A stretch of 64,000 nucleotides of DNA from Octopus sinensis (Eukaryota): the NCBI RefSeq assembly GCF_006345805.1, contig NC_042999.1, positions 58,342,001 through 58,406,000 on the forward strand, given 5' to 3'. A program made the translations under genes and the position numbers. A model generated the notes under the pieces. It was not told the DNA's origin. It did not search any database and saw only the letters and a program-made list of their open reading frames with translations. Below, one piece after another: positions 39,007-51,865 of this stretch. The stretch's first letter is position 1, and each line of letters opens with the position of its first letter.

Positions 39007-40254
39007 CTCCAGATACTCTGTATGAAGACGGCCCACGGATTAATTGTCATAATTTAGTCGCTATTGGTCTGTTAATTTTGCAGAAATGCAGGGGTATTGC
39101 TAGTACCTTTTGCACTTCTTTTTGTCATGAAACCCAAGAAAGGTCTGATCGAACAGACCTATGATCAAAGATATTCTATCCATGCTTGCTCCATCTTTTA
39201 TTAAGACATACTATACTACGGACTACATACATTATTGTAAATGTTTTTTCTATAAGATGGAAGAGTGTTGTCTGAAGGAAGTTTAGTTGTTAGTTTTAGC
39301 AGTATAATGATCTCACAAAGACAATATGGAGCAATGATTCACAACTAGGGTCCATATCACTTCTTGGGCTCAGGTAAATTTTATGGGGTCCGCACAATCG
39401 AAACAGTAAATTGAGGATCTGCTGTAGGGTCTATGAAAAATATTAATTCAGATGTATCTATGGCAAGGAACAGCTAAGTTTCTTTCTCTAATATTTTACA
39501 TAGATCAACCTGCTCAAGTTAATGTGTGAAAACAAAATAGGAATTTTGAAAGAAGAATCTATAAAACTAGTTTTTAAACATCGAATGGCCATGGTGGTCC
39601 ACCAGAATAAAATAGCAATCAAAGGAAGTCCATTGATAAAAGAAAAAAATAATAAATTGTTGAGAACCACTGACATCGAGGCTCCTTCATTTGGAGAAAC
39701 CTCTCACCAGTCACAACATGATTGCTTGATGTTGAAAATGACGGGATTGGCTTCACCGCTGCTATTGTCAGTATTGTTTCGACTACTGCTGGTTGCTCTT
39801 GATTGTTTTCCTACCGGCGAGGGTGATAATGATAATGGTGACGATGGAGAGGATGATGATGACAATAATGATGATGATGAGGATGAGTGCGACGATGACG
39901 ACAATGGCCATGATGATGGTCCTAGCGATGGTATTTTATTGAGGTGGCGAGGTGAAATGGTAATCGCCATTACAGAAGACATGGTTATCTAAGATAAACA
40001 AACATTATTGTAAACAAAAGTATTTTTCTTTCAGCTTATATATATATATATATATATATATAATACTTTTTATTGCAGCTTCTTCGATGTAGGAAACCTA
40101 GAAACATAAAAGAATATAAAAATCCAATTATTGAATCAATGAAGAGGAAAATTAATTAAACTGGACAGATCAAAAATACAACACATTCATCGATCAACTT
40201 GCGAAAGTGAGTCTTTGATGTTAATTTCCGAAAAAAAAATTAGCAAGCAACAGA

Positions 40255-40340
<86 letters not shown>

Positions 40341-40557
40341 CGACGACGATGATGATGATGATGGTGGTGATGATAATGGTGATGATGACGGCGATGATAA
40401 TTGAATTGTATTGAAATGCAAAAGAACGGTACAAACGTAAGTGAGACGTTTAGTCTAGACAGAAGTACAAAGAGAAATAAAGTCTAAAATAGACTCTAGT
40501 TCTGTAGAGAGTGAGTGAGAAAGAGAGAAGGAGATACATAGAGATAGATAGATAGAT

Positions 40558-40606
<49 letters not shown>

Positions 40607-40845
40607 TGGTGATAAAGAGGGACAATAGGAAGGAAGGAAATAATGACGAGAGGAGAAAGAGACAACGGAAGAAAAACGGGCAAGAGTGAAAGAAATAGAG
40701 AAAAGAAGAACGAGAGGTATGAAGAAAGGAGAAGAAAACAGAAGGAAAGTAAGTCGGAGAAGAGAAGAAAAGAGAAGACGCGAAGCAAAACGGAAGAAAG
40801 AAGTTAAGAATAAAAATACAACTAATAATAATGATAATAATAATA

Positions 40846-40889
<44 letters not shown>

Positions 40890-40970
40890 GCCACTTGGAG
40901 CAGTAACTATTCAAATGATTCTAAAATCAATAATGAAAAATTTGGAAACAAAAGATTATATATATATATA

Positions 40971-40999
40971 TACAAACATTTCTTGACTTCCAAAATGTC

Positions 41000-41069
<70 letters not shown>

Positions 41070-41106
41070 TATAGACAGACATTTTGGAAGTCAGGAAATG
41101 TTTGTA
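40971..41106. repeat. 33-bp inverted repeat centred on a (TA)n tract
   Basis: 40971-41003 vs 41074-41106: one mismatch. Confidence 0.92.
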
Positions 41107-41484
41107 GGTAGTGTGCGTTGTTCGCTCATTAGCACAAGTATTGTTTACAGCAATGCATATATTTTTGATTTTACACAAGAATTCGACCATATTCAATTTC
41201 ACCACCAAAGAACGACAAGCCACCGAAAGTCTTTCTTCGTTCCTTCGTTCTTTTCTTTCTTTCTTTTGTTTTTTTCCTTTTTCTTTCTATCCTACTCGGT
41301 CATTGGTCTGCTAAACACATTAGAGAGCTACAACATGCTCGCTTAAGAAAACAAATTGGAGCATATTATTTCCGAAAGAAAAAAAAAGAAAAGAATTAGT
41401 AAAAAGACGAAATGGTCATTATTTGAATATCTTTCCTCAATAGTTTACTCGATCAGGGATGAACGCTTCTGGTTAAATAACAGC

Positions 41485-41812
41485 ACAGGAGCACTCCGTC
41501 GGTTACGACGACAAGGGTCCCAGCTGATACGATCAACGGAACAGCTTGCTCGTGAAATTAACGTGCAAGTGGTTGAGCACTCCACAGACACGTATATCCT
41601 TAACGTAGTTCTCAGGGAGACTCAGCATGACACAGAGTGTGACAAGGCTGGCTCTTTGAAATACAGGTACTACTCATTTTTGCCAGCTGAGAGGAATGGA
41701 GCAACGTGAAAATAAAGTGTCTCGCTCAAGGACAAAACGCGTCGCCAGGAATTGAACTCACGACCTTACGATCATGAGCCGAATGCCCTAACCACTAAGC
41801 CACGCGCCTTCA
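41485..41812 (-). mobile_element. SINE family E: tRNA head + CORE-like block + family A tail
   Basis: Head and CORE-like block as in family D (ggagcaacgtgaaaataaagtgtc); tail as in family A (gcactccacagacacg...gatcaacggaacagc...gtcggttacgacgac). Confidence 0.85.
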
Positions 41813-42218
41813 CAAATAACAAAAACAGCAGTAGCAGGAACAACTACTCACATTTACAGAAAGAGCTGATCATAAATCCATGCATTTATACATACAAAAC
41901 TGATACATAAATACATACGTGTATGGGTGTATGTATACGTATGTACGAAAATTTTAACTTTAGATTGTTATTTTAAAGAAATTTTAAGAATAACAACAAT
42001 AATTTTACTGAAGTGGCGACTCAATACAAAAAGTGGAGTTAAATTTAATATAAAATTCGTTTTGGTTGTAACTATAAGTTTCACTTTGCGGCTTATTCAA
42101 AGACGGTAGGTGACTAGTTTGAAAGGATGTATGAATGGTTGAATATTGAGGGAGAGAAAGCGCGCGCGACATGTGTGTATGAGAGAGAGAGGCACAGAGA
42201 GAGAGAGAGAGAGAGAGA

Positions 42219-42271
<53 letters not shown>

Positions 42272-42382
42272 CGAGAGACTGTGTATGTGTGATTTTAATA
42301 ACCAAACAATAAAATTAAGTCGATATCGGGAAGATACGGTTGACGAACACACATGTTCGTTAAATGGTTTACAACAACCAAA

Positions 42383-42811
42383 ACTATACATATAAAACTG
42401 AAGTTGTCTGTGTGTATGTGGCAGGTTTGGTAGCCTTCAACTAACACTATCTCCTCCGAGACCCTGCGGTGCAAGATGACCAAAATTGAGAGTATAATAG
42501 AAGAAGGCTTGGTCTGCATTCCGTAGAAGAAAATATTCAAATCGGACCATGTTAACACAAAAAATTTTTAAACATCAAAAAGGTGCTTTTTTTTCTATGA
42601 AAATCCTTACTTTTTACAATTTTTTGACTGCTGTATCGCCATTTTTCGGTGTATTTCAACCAGAAAAATGTTCACAAGCTACATAATGTAAAATTTTTAC
42701 TTTTCAAAAAAGATTGAAACTATGTCAAAACTTTGTTAACGCGACATCAAAGTATGCCGTTTTAAGCGCAACTAAAAAACAAACCCGAGCAACGCCGGGC
42801 TATACTGCTAG
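42383..42811 (+). mobile_element. Non-autonomous Helitron (~430 bp)
   Basis: 5' (t/a)ctatacatataaaactgaagttgtctgtgtg. 3' hairpin cccg-agcaacgc-cggg (42784-42799) followed by CTAG (42808-42811) and T. Confidence 0.78.
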
Positions 42812-42989
42812 TTTTAAAATATATGCCTGTATGTCGTAACGACGTAATAAACTCTGAGAAATATTGCATAATTTTTCAATCAAGCAAATTAGCAATTTTA
42901 AAACTTGAATTTATGCATACATTTTGTTTTAATATCCTGGTACTTAATCTATCAATCTCTTAGCACACAGCTACGCGTGCACCGACACA

Positions 42990-43067
<78 letters not shown>

Positions 43068-43096
43068 TATAACAACAGAAACGAAGGAATAAAAGA

Positions 43097-43316
43097 AGGA
43101 GGTAAGCTGGCACGCCGGGCGAAATGCTTGCTATTTCGTCTGTCTTTACGTTCTGAGTTCGAATTCCACCGAGGTCGATTTTGCCTTTCATCTTTTCGGG
43201 GTCGATTAAATAAGTACCAGTTACTCACTGGGGTCAATATAATCGACTTAATCCGTTTGTCTGTCCTTGTTTGTCCCCTCTGTGTATAGTCCATTGTGGG
43301 TAGTAAAGAAATAAGA
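43097..43316 (+). mobile_element. SINE family B
   Basis: Family B body with a small head deletion. Confidence 0.9.
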
Positions 43317-43567
43317 AACAATGAAGGAATAATTAGGAATCGCAGAAAGACAGTTTACGACCCAGTGAAGAGCAATAAACACTTGTAGTACCAGGGCCAA
43401 AAGCATATGTCCTCCTCAGCGTGAACGTCTTCGGAAAAATCTAATATACAGATACTCAGTGTGTACACAAGAAGGTACGTTTATATATATCTGTGCGACT
43501 GCCGACTCCTTCACTATTCGTTATGGGAATCATGTTGCACATCACTCACTGACCTGATCTCTTTTTT

Positions 43568-43980
43568 TACTCTTTTACTCTTTTACTTGTTTCAGTCATT
43601 TGACTGTGGCCATGCTGGAGCACCGCCTTTTAGTCGAGCAAATCGACCCCAGCACTTATTCTTTGTAAGCCTAGTACTTATTCTATCGATTGCTTTTGCC
43701 GAACCGCTAAGTTACAGGGACGTAAACACACCAGCATCGGTTGTCAAGACACACACACACACACACACCACAACACACACACATATATATATATATATAC
43801 ATGTACATATATACGACGGGCTTCTTTCAGTTTCCGTCTACCAAATCCACTCACAAGGCTTTGGTCGGCCCGAGGCTATAGTAGATGACACCTGCCCAAG
43901 ATGCCACGCAGTGGGACTGAACCCGGAACCATGTGGTTGGTAAGCAAGCTTATTACCACACAGCCACTCCTACGCCTATA
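43568..43980 (-). mobile_element. SINE family C
   Basis: Full-length reverse complement of family C. Confidence 0.92.
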
Positions 43981-44415
43981 CACCTGGAGACAAAATGAAG
44001 ATGGAGCGCAATATAAAAACACATGGTCTCAAATAAAAATGTCTATAATACGTTCTCAAGATTTTGCAATCGTTGTTCAGAAGAAACCCTATGCATTTTG
44101 TTGAGTCTAGGGAACTTGGTGAACAGGTGCTCCGAGAGATTTTTAAGCTGCAACCATTGACTGAAATGTCAATTTTTGCAGCTTTATGGGAACAGTTAAC
44201 GTTTATATTCGTCCAAAACATTATCTTTGATTGCTAGGGTAATTCAAACCTACCGCTAACAAGCGTATGAGTTCAGTATCGATGATATCGGCATCATGAT
44301 TGTGAGCCCACCACTCTAACCATTGAGCCATGTACTTTCACACGTATACGTACATACATACATACATACATACATACATACATACATACATAATACATAC
44401 ATACATACATATGTA

Positions 44416-44455
<40 letters not shown>

Positions 44456-44472
44456 ATATATATATATATAAT

Positions 44473-44506
<34 letters not shown>

Positions 44507-44815
44507 GCCATGTATATTATATATGCATATACATATTATAGATATCTATACATACATAAATATATGTACGTGTATATATATATTTATATGTGTGTATCTA
44601 TACATACATTAATAATATATATATATGTATATCATTCATCCATCCGTATATAAATATACATATCATATATATATGTGTATATATTAATATATATATATAT
44701 ATATATTTGTATATATTTGTATACATATAGTATATATATTTGTTATATATATGTATATGTATTATATATATATATATGTATGTATGTATATATATATATA
44801 TATATAGTTCGGTAT

Positions 44816-44859
<44 letters not shown>

Positions 44860-44864
<5 letters not shown>

Positions 44865-45950
44865 CGATGAAGGCTACATTGTAGGCAGCTGTATAGTTGT
44901 ATAGGGCGATGCAAAGTTGGGGCGGGTGAGATTCCTGCCAGTCAGAAGTCTCTCGAGCCGGTATTTTAGCCAGAACAGGACGAAAGTGGGGAGCAGTGGA
45001 AGGTGTTGAAGTTTCAAGGTCGCGACCAAGGCAAAGCGTGCTGATGAGTTCGTATAGGAGTTGAGATAGTATAGGAGGGGCTGGTTTAGGTACCAGACCA
45101 ACGTTGCGCAATGACAATCTGACAGGAAAGGATGATGTGAGGGGAGTGGGTTCTACTGAAGTGTGAATATCGATTGAGGAGGAACGGGTCTTGGGAGCCT
45201 AGTTATGATGGAAGAAAAGTTTCATAGTCTGAGCTCTGAAGAGCGGAGCCCTATCGAATGAAATTAATGATTCCGGCACTTCATGATGTCCTATTGGAGA
45301 AAGGTGGAGTCACCACCAACATACCCTTTCTACTTGAGTAAAGGAACCCCGGATCACATTCTCAGTAGCTGTTCCAAAATTCTTCCGCTACCACCGGAGG
45401 AATAACATGAAGGCCTTAGAAGACAATCCTTTGAGGGATTAGCCATTGCAGGGACCTCTGACGACCGAAGAAGACTCGCTTTTATCAAGGCTGGTGCGAA
45501 AATGATGCCAGTGGACAGATCTACTTCTCGGTACTGTTAATAACGACTCAAAACTTGGAGATGAATATCAATCTCAGGAAATAGCTGAAGCTTCTAGAAA
45601 CTGTCACCTCAACATCACTAAGGTCAGACATAGGGATGACATCGGAAGCATCTAAATAGGTAGTTCTCTTAGAACTCTGCATTTCCTAGGAGGACTGTAC
45701 TGCAGGTAAAGAGAATGAAATAGGTTGAGTTGGTGGAGATATGCTGAAACAATGAGTGGCAAGCAAAGTGACCCTACTGCAGTGAGACACAGGCAAGTTT
45801 CTCTTCAGAGCTCATAAAGTAGGTGTAAGGCCTTCGAGTTGGTTATGGAGGCCCAAAGATTGCGTTGACGTAGTTGTAGATCAGGAAATGTCACTTCTGG
45901 GGAGGAGTGGCGCTAACTGGACACAAGTTGGCTGTCCGACTTTGATCTAA
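44860..45950 (+). pseudogene. 3' part of a HERO-clade (R2 group, RLE) non-LTR retrotransposon, decayed
   Basis: Across stops and frameshifts: AGILARTGRKW, GGAGLG, EVR..IEEER, RKV.W.EL..AEP.R.K, HDVL, KGT..HILSSC..L.RY, DW/EM.I.L...L, TSLRSDI, VVLLEL..WED. These correspond to the zinc knuckle and RLE motifs of HERO elements. Confidence 0.75.
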
Positions 45951-46155
45951 ATGCCCCCTTTGAAGACACCCGCAGGGCTATCCGTGCAGGCAAGATATAA
46001 AGGAGAAAGAACAAGGTCACTACGACCTATGATCAGCCTACCTTTCCATATAGCCTCTTCGGTTGTGCCTGTTTGTCCTGAATCGGACTCGTTGGCATAA
46101 AGCAGACATGGACATTCCCCTTCGAAAATCCTTGCTCTCGAAGCCAAGCCATCCA

Positions 46156-46218
<63 letters not shown>

Positions 46219-46219
46219 A

Positions 46220-46252
<33 letters not shown>

Positions 46253-46411
46253 GTCTGTCTATCTATCTGTCTGTCTGTCTGTCTTTCTGTCTATCTGTGT
46301 GTATGTGTGTGTTGTCGCGCGCGCGTTCGTTATATATATATATTCTGTCTGCGTAACTCTTTCCCACTCTGTATTTCTAAGATATGATTATGTATTTATT
46401 GAAGAAAGCGG

Positions 46412-46444
<33 letters not shown>

Positions 46445-46714
46445 TGAGAGGTGTAAAAATAGAGCTGCTTTGAAATTAAAGAAAAGTGTTAACATATTGT
46501 CTGTCAGATGGCAGAATCCGAAATATTTGAAAAATCAGTTCAGTTTAGCTTTTTTATTTTCTCTTGTAGACGTGATGGGACTCTCAAATCAGAACTGAAA
46601 GATATAATTCCATGTGACAACTCAAAACATGTTTTTGTACAAGACAGCATCGGATCAATACTAAATCTCCAGACACGCTCTGACACCTACCCTGACTCTC
46701 TTTCTCTCCCTCAC

Positions 46715-46781
<67 letters not shown>

Positions 46782-47024
46782 ATGCATACAAACCACCATT
46801 GTTATTTGCAAGATCTGAAGAACATAGAGAATTACGACACCGCATAGTTTGTGTCACCACTAAGAATTATTTGGAATTCAGTTTAAACAATGAAAATAAA
46901 GCCACTCGGAAACATTGTCACGTATCAACGTCCTTTTCCTGGGTCTTCTTCTCGGGGTTTAATGTATCTGGATGTTTGTTTCTAAACAGAACAGTAAACT
47001 TAGTAGCTAATTCCTCCTCCTCCC

Positions 47025-47156
47025 CCTCCTCCTCCCTCTCTTCTTCTTCTTCTTCTTCTTCTTCTTCTTCTTCTTCTTCTTCTTCTTCTTCTTCTTCTTC
47101 TTCTTCTTCTTCTTCTTCTTCTTCTTCTTCTTCTTCTTCTTCTTCTTCTTCTTCCT
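47025..47156. repeat. (TTC)n microsatellite
   Basis: Directly visible; source of the poly-S/poly-E pseudo-ORFs. A similar tract is at 29998-30065. Confidence 0.98.
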
Positions 47157-49194
47157 CTACTCGTATAATGTTTCTGAAAGCTGATAATACAAGTGGGCCG
47201 CTACACTTCACATGGATATTGTCCCCGTTGAGGTTTACACACTTAATCTATGCTTAAATTACGAGCAGACCTCAACACTTGACCTGCATTTATTTTATCC
47301 ACCGCAGAAGGACTAAAAACAAAGTTGACCATGACGTGATTTGAACTCGGAATGTAAAATGTTGGCACAAATACCACAAGGCATTTTGTTCAATGGTTTA
47401 ACGTTTCTACCAATTCATAAGCATTAATTAATATATCATTATTCGTTATTAGCAGCAGAAGTAGGACTAGTTCAACATAGAATTAACGTAGACATACTGT
47501 AGGACACCAGAAAACAGCGGTATTCGTCTCGAGAAAGCATTTCGTACAGAAGAATAGCAGTGGCAGACAAAAGGCGTCTAGTAGTGGTGTTTGAATTGCT
47601 AAATCAAATTTCTGCGTCATTGAGCATCATCAGTAGTTTGCCTACTATTTGCAGCCTCAGTGATTTGTGAATCATTGTTTCTCTATATCAACAGAGGATA
47701 AATTCATCTAATCATGTGGCTGCTAATGGATGCTTGCTACTAATGATGCCCAAAGAAGCAAAAATCTAGATTTAACAATCCCACCACCACTATTGGACGC
47801 TTCTCCCCTGCTACTGATACACCCCTGTAATTTTAAGCACTATACGTCTATACGAGAGGTTTCCGTAAGACGAATACTGCAGTTTTCTGGCTTTCTACCG
47901 TATGTCCATGATAAGCAAGATAAACAGAATGCCATTTATACTATAAGTTGCTGCTACTGTTGTCTTCTTAATGTGGCTATTACTGCTTTGATCCCATCTC
48001 AACTCTGATTGGTCAGACCTAAAGTCAAAGGTATTCTGTCTCTGATAATGCTGTCTTTTTTCGTCATAGTAAATCTTGGACTACATTATATAAAGTTTGT
48101 TTCCTTTCCCTTTTTAAGCGGCAGAATATGATTTGAAGATATTTGACTGACATTTCTAACTGGTCGAGTGATGTTTCCACCACTCAGGTCCTCCAAAGGC
48201 CCACTTCACAATTAGTTGCTTAACGCACAAACTATTATCATATAAGGAAGGGTTCAAACTTACTAATCTAAACATACAAAGATTTTATAACTTCCAATCA
48301 CAAATTCTATAAATTTCAACTGTTGAAGAAAGCGAACATCTGAGGAATTTAGAAAGAGAAACGACGCTAAATTTTGCGAAGAGAATTAAATTCGCTTAAC
48401 AATTTCGATCTACTTGACATGGTAAAAACACTCAAAAGACAAAACGGTCTTCCAAGCAACAGCAACAACAACAACAGCACCAGCAGCAAAACAACAACAA
48501 CAGCAACAAAAAAAAAGCCCTCAGGTTTCCAATCGTAATTAAAGAAATCTTTCCCATTTAATGTGTCTCTATAAGCGTTCAACTGTGGACCATTACGTTG
48601 TTCCCTGAGACAGGAAACACCTGGCGACCATCTTGAATCCAAATGTCACTTGCGACAAATTGAAAAGGCAACTGTTGAATTAATCCAACAGCATTAAAGC
48701 TGAAACTTAATGACTTAGTGACTAGAGGAAGAGACAAAGCGCCCATAGCCCTCTTTAAAGCATCAAAGACGAGTGCAAGACACGGAAGGCGCAATCATCA
48801 GACTAGAGATCTAGCTTGGATGGACTTTGTAAGACTAGACGTTGCTAAAGACACACAAAGGTCAGATGGCGCTGTTAAACTTAATATTAGATTTACCCGC
48901 CCCTCCAACACGAAGTTTCCGTATAGTAAATTTCACTCGCGAGGTTTTGTTTAGCCCCAAAGCGATGGTAGAAGATACTTGCTCAAGTAGCCGGATTGAA
49001 CTCAAAAAGAGCGTTGTTTCGGAGGGAATTACTTAGCTACACATCTATGCTTGGGACGGTTACGAATGACAAATAGTTGTGTTCAATGGATGAAATCGGA
49101 CCAAAAGGAGTTGTTTCCTATGCAGGTAAGTCTCAAGCCTAAAAGTTAACCTTTCGATCAATTTAGTTTCAAAATGACGAATCCATAATGACAT

Positions 49195-49457
49195 CTTTTA
49201 TCTCTTACTTACTTCAGTCATTAGACTATGGCCATGCTGGGGCACCGCCCTGGAAAATTTTAGCAGAACAAATCGACCGCAGTACTTATTCTTTTTTTTT
49301 TTTGCAAGGCCTTGTACTTATGCTATTGATCGCTTTTGCCGAACCGCTAGGTTACGGAGAGATAAACACACTAAAACCGGTTGTCAAACGGTAGTGATAG
49401 ACACAGACACACACACACAGACACACACACGTATACACACACACACACACACACACG

Positions 49458-49499
<42 letters not shown>

Positions 49500-49642
49500 A
49501 CGGGCTTTTTTTTTCAGATTCTGCCGACCAAATCCACTAATAAGACTTTGGTCGGTCCGAGGCTATCGTGGTTCTACGCAGTGGAACTGAACACAGAGTC
49601 ATGTGGTTGGAAAGGAAGCTTCTTACCATGCAGCCACGCCTG
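49195..49642 (-). mobile_element. SINE family C (diverged)
   Basis: Tail, internal (CA)n and head all present. Confidence 0.85.
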
Positions 49643-50411
49643 CTTCTTTTGACGTAGTGTTTATTCCAGTGTTTGTCATAGAGCATTGTCAGACCGCCAT
49701 ACAAAGGCTGCGAGAATCGAAATGAACATAGACAAACTACTTTATTTAATTAAATTAAGATGGCGTCCAACTTTTTAACTTGTTCAACACTTTGTGGAAG
49801 AAATAGGAATTATATGGATGCAAACTTTTTGTCATCTGATAAAGATGAAGGATGCCAAAGATTTTCAATAATATTTTTACATCACTTTGAGAACCGCTGG
49901 TTTAATCTCAGACCAGTTCCTATCGAGCAGGCCTACGATTAAAAGCGTTCCAACTGAGACCATACCTCTTATTTCTCCACAGACAATGTTTCTCAGTCTA
50001 GACTATCTAATGTGTAATTCTCTTTTTGTTAAGATTCTAGGCTGTGATCCGAGGGAGATATCGCTGCTATTTCTAACTGGTCGGGCGACTACATAGAGGT
50101 TCTTGAGTTTTCTTTTACTTGTTTAGTAAACGGCAACACACAGAGCATCCGGGTATTACGTACCAGGTTGCTCTTCACATCGATGTACAGCAATTATAAC
50201 TGACCCATGAGACCACAGTCTCAAAGAATAAGTTGTTATGATGAAAACACAAATTCTCAACGAGATGCTTTTGTAGTTCTCCTATGAGAATCCTGTGAGA
50301 CCAGCTTTGTTGATCATTTAAAACTACTATCCAGAAACGAACCAACGAAAATGCAACTACATTGTCGCTCGATCATGTACAGACTCTTCAGCTGCTCGAA
50401 ATAACCATATA

Positions 50412-50640
50412 TATTTCTTTACTGCCCACAAAGGGTTAAACATAGAGGGGACAAACAAGGACAAAGGAATTACAATGACCCCAGTTGCAAAACTGGTACT
50501 TTATTTATCGACCCCGAAAGGATGAAAGGCAAAGTCGACCTCGGCGGAATTTGAACTCAGAACATAACGACAGACGAAATACCGCTAAACATTTCGCCCA
50601 ACGCGCTAACGTTTCTGTCAGCTCGCCGCCTTTTCTGCCA
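50412..50640 (-). mobile_element. SINE family B with 18-bp TSD
   Basis: TSD gctcgaaataaccatata at 50394-50411 and 50641-50658. Confidence 0.93.
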
Positions 50641-51015
50641 GCTCGAAATAACCATATAGACAGTTAAAGTTTTAGATAGGCTATAACATTTATCAACACT
50701 GATAGCTGTCAAATATTCCGCAGGTTGCCCCCAAAGAAAGTACATATTGGGCAATATCGTTCTAGATATAATATGTTTGATAAATCATCAGATCGTCTTG
50801 CTGGAATAATTTTGACCATAGATATACTTAAATAGCTGTAACACGGCTGTATGATGCAGAACGTTGTAAAATAAATTATTTTATTTGCCTTTGTTTCTTT
50901 CGTTTTGTTAACTCCTTTGTGATTCTAAAGAGAACATCATCAGCTCATTGGCTGTACACCACTTACATCCTAGGAGACTTATCACGGCCTCACTGCTTCT
51001 CATTTTTGTCACATA

Positions 51016-51865
51016 CAGAGAGTTCGGGCTAAATTTGACAGTTTACATAAAGGGAAAAGAAAACAACCTATTAAAAAATAAAAGTATTTCTAAAAATCAA
51101 AAATTACCAAATAGATTATGGGAGATAACAGTTTACTCAGAGTAACTGCCCTCAGCTTCCACTACAAATTCAAGTTAACTTTAGAACCCGACACATGCGC
51201 TCCTCACTGTATCCCTGGGAAGATCTTCGAACAACTCCTTGATATTGGCCACTAGCTCGGCAGAGCGGTTGGTGTTCTCATCCGTGCCCCATACATAGTA
51301 ATCCATGGGACTGCAATCAGGGGCACTAGGAGGGCAGAACTTGGGGTTGGTGAAGTCGTAGAAATTCTCCGATAACCACTTCTAATACTTACTGGAGCGT
51401 GGCAAAGAGCCAAGTCTTACTGCCACACATGGCATTCTAGAAACCCGTTCCAGCCAGAGATTGACCAGATTCTCCAGTAGTCTGAATTGAGCCTAAGGCC
51501 CTGTTCATCATTTGTGGGATGAATGCTGGTGTGTGGACGCAGTCACAACGCCTGCTGTGTCCCTTCCTGCTGGTCACAGCTTTGTAGTCTCTGTTGTCAC
51601 GTGTTGTCCATGTCACAGTGTTGACAGAGCATTGAACAGCAGTCATGATATGCGCGTTTTGATACCCAGTGCGAATCCTCATGATACAAATAACTCTTTC
51701 CCAATATTCAGATGTGTTCTAGTCCTCTAAATCAGGTAACTTTTTCTCAATTCTAACTTTAATCTTTCTTCTCTTCAATGCCGCTGACTGTTCACCAATA
51801 TATCAAGCTCTTCCTGAAAGAAAAAGGAGACATAAAAGGCCCTCAAATTTAGCCCGAACATCCCG
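51016..51865 (-). mobile_element. maT (DD37D) Tc1/mariner deletion derivative
   Basis: TIRs cagagagttcgggctaaatttga / tcaaatttagcccgaacatcccg, TA-flanked. Minus strand WLSENFYDFTNP..PP..PDCSPMDYYVWG and AELVANIKELFEDLPRDTVR; N-terminal RK.HSRR.DC remnant. Confidence 0.85.

Noticed and set aside
39522-39992. 156-aa ORF with a hydrophobic stretch followed by a D/E-rich region
   Set aside because: The acidic part is a decayed (GAT)n repeat; no splice or homology support.
46508-47257. 249-aa ORF with a good acceptor at 46569
   Set aside because: It runs through (CA)n and (TTC)n, has no convincing donor, and has no recognisable domain.
47470-47720. Possible RTE-type endonuclease remnant (NVDIL..TR)
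   Set aside because: Too degenerate to support without a frameshift-aware search.
48560-48960. Non-repetitive, relatively GC-rich segment with short ORFs on both strands
   Set aside because: No recognisable motif, splice pair or hairpin strong enough to call. It could be regulatory, but this is unsupported.
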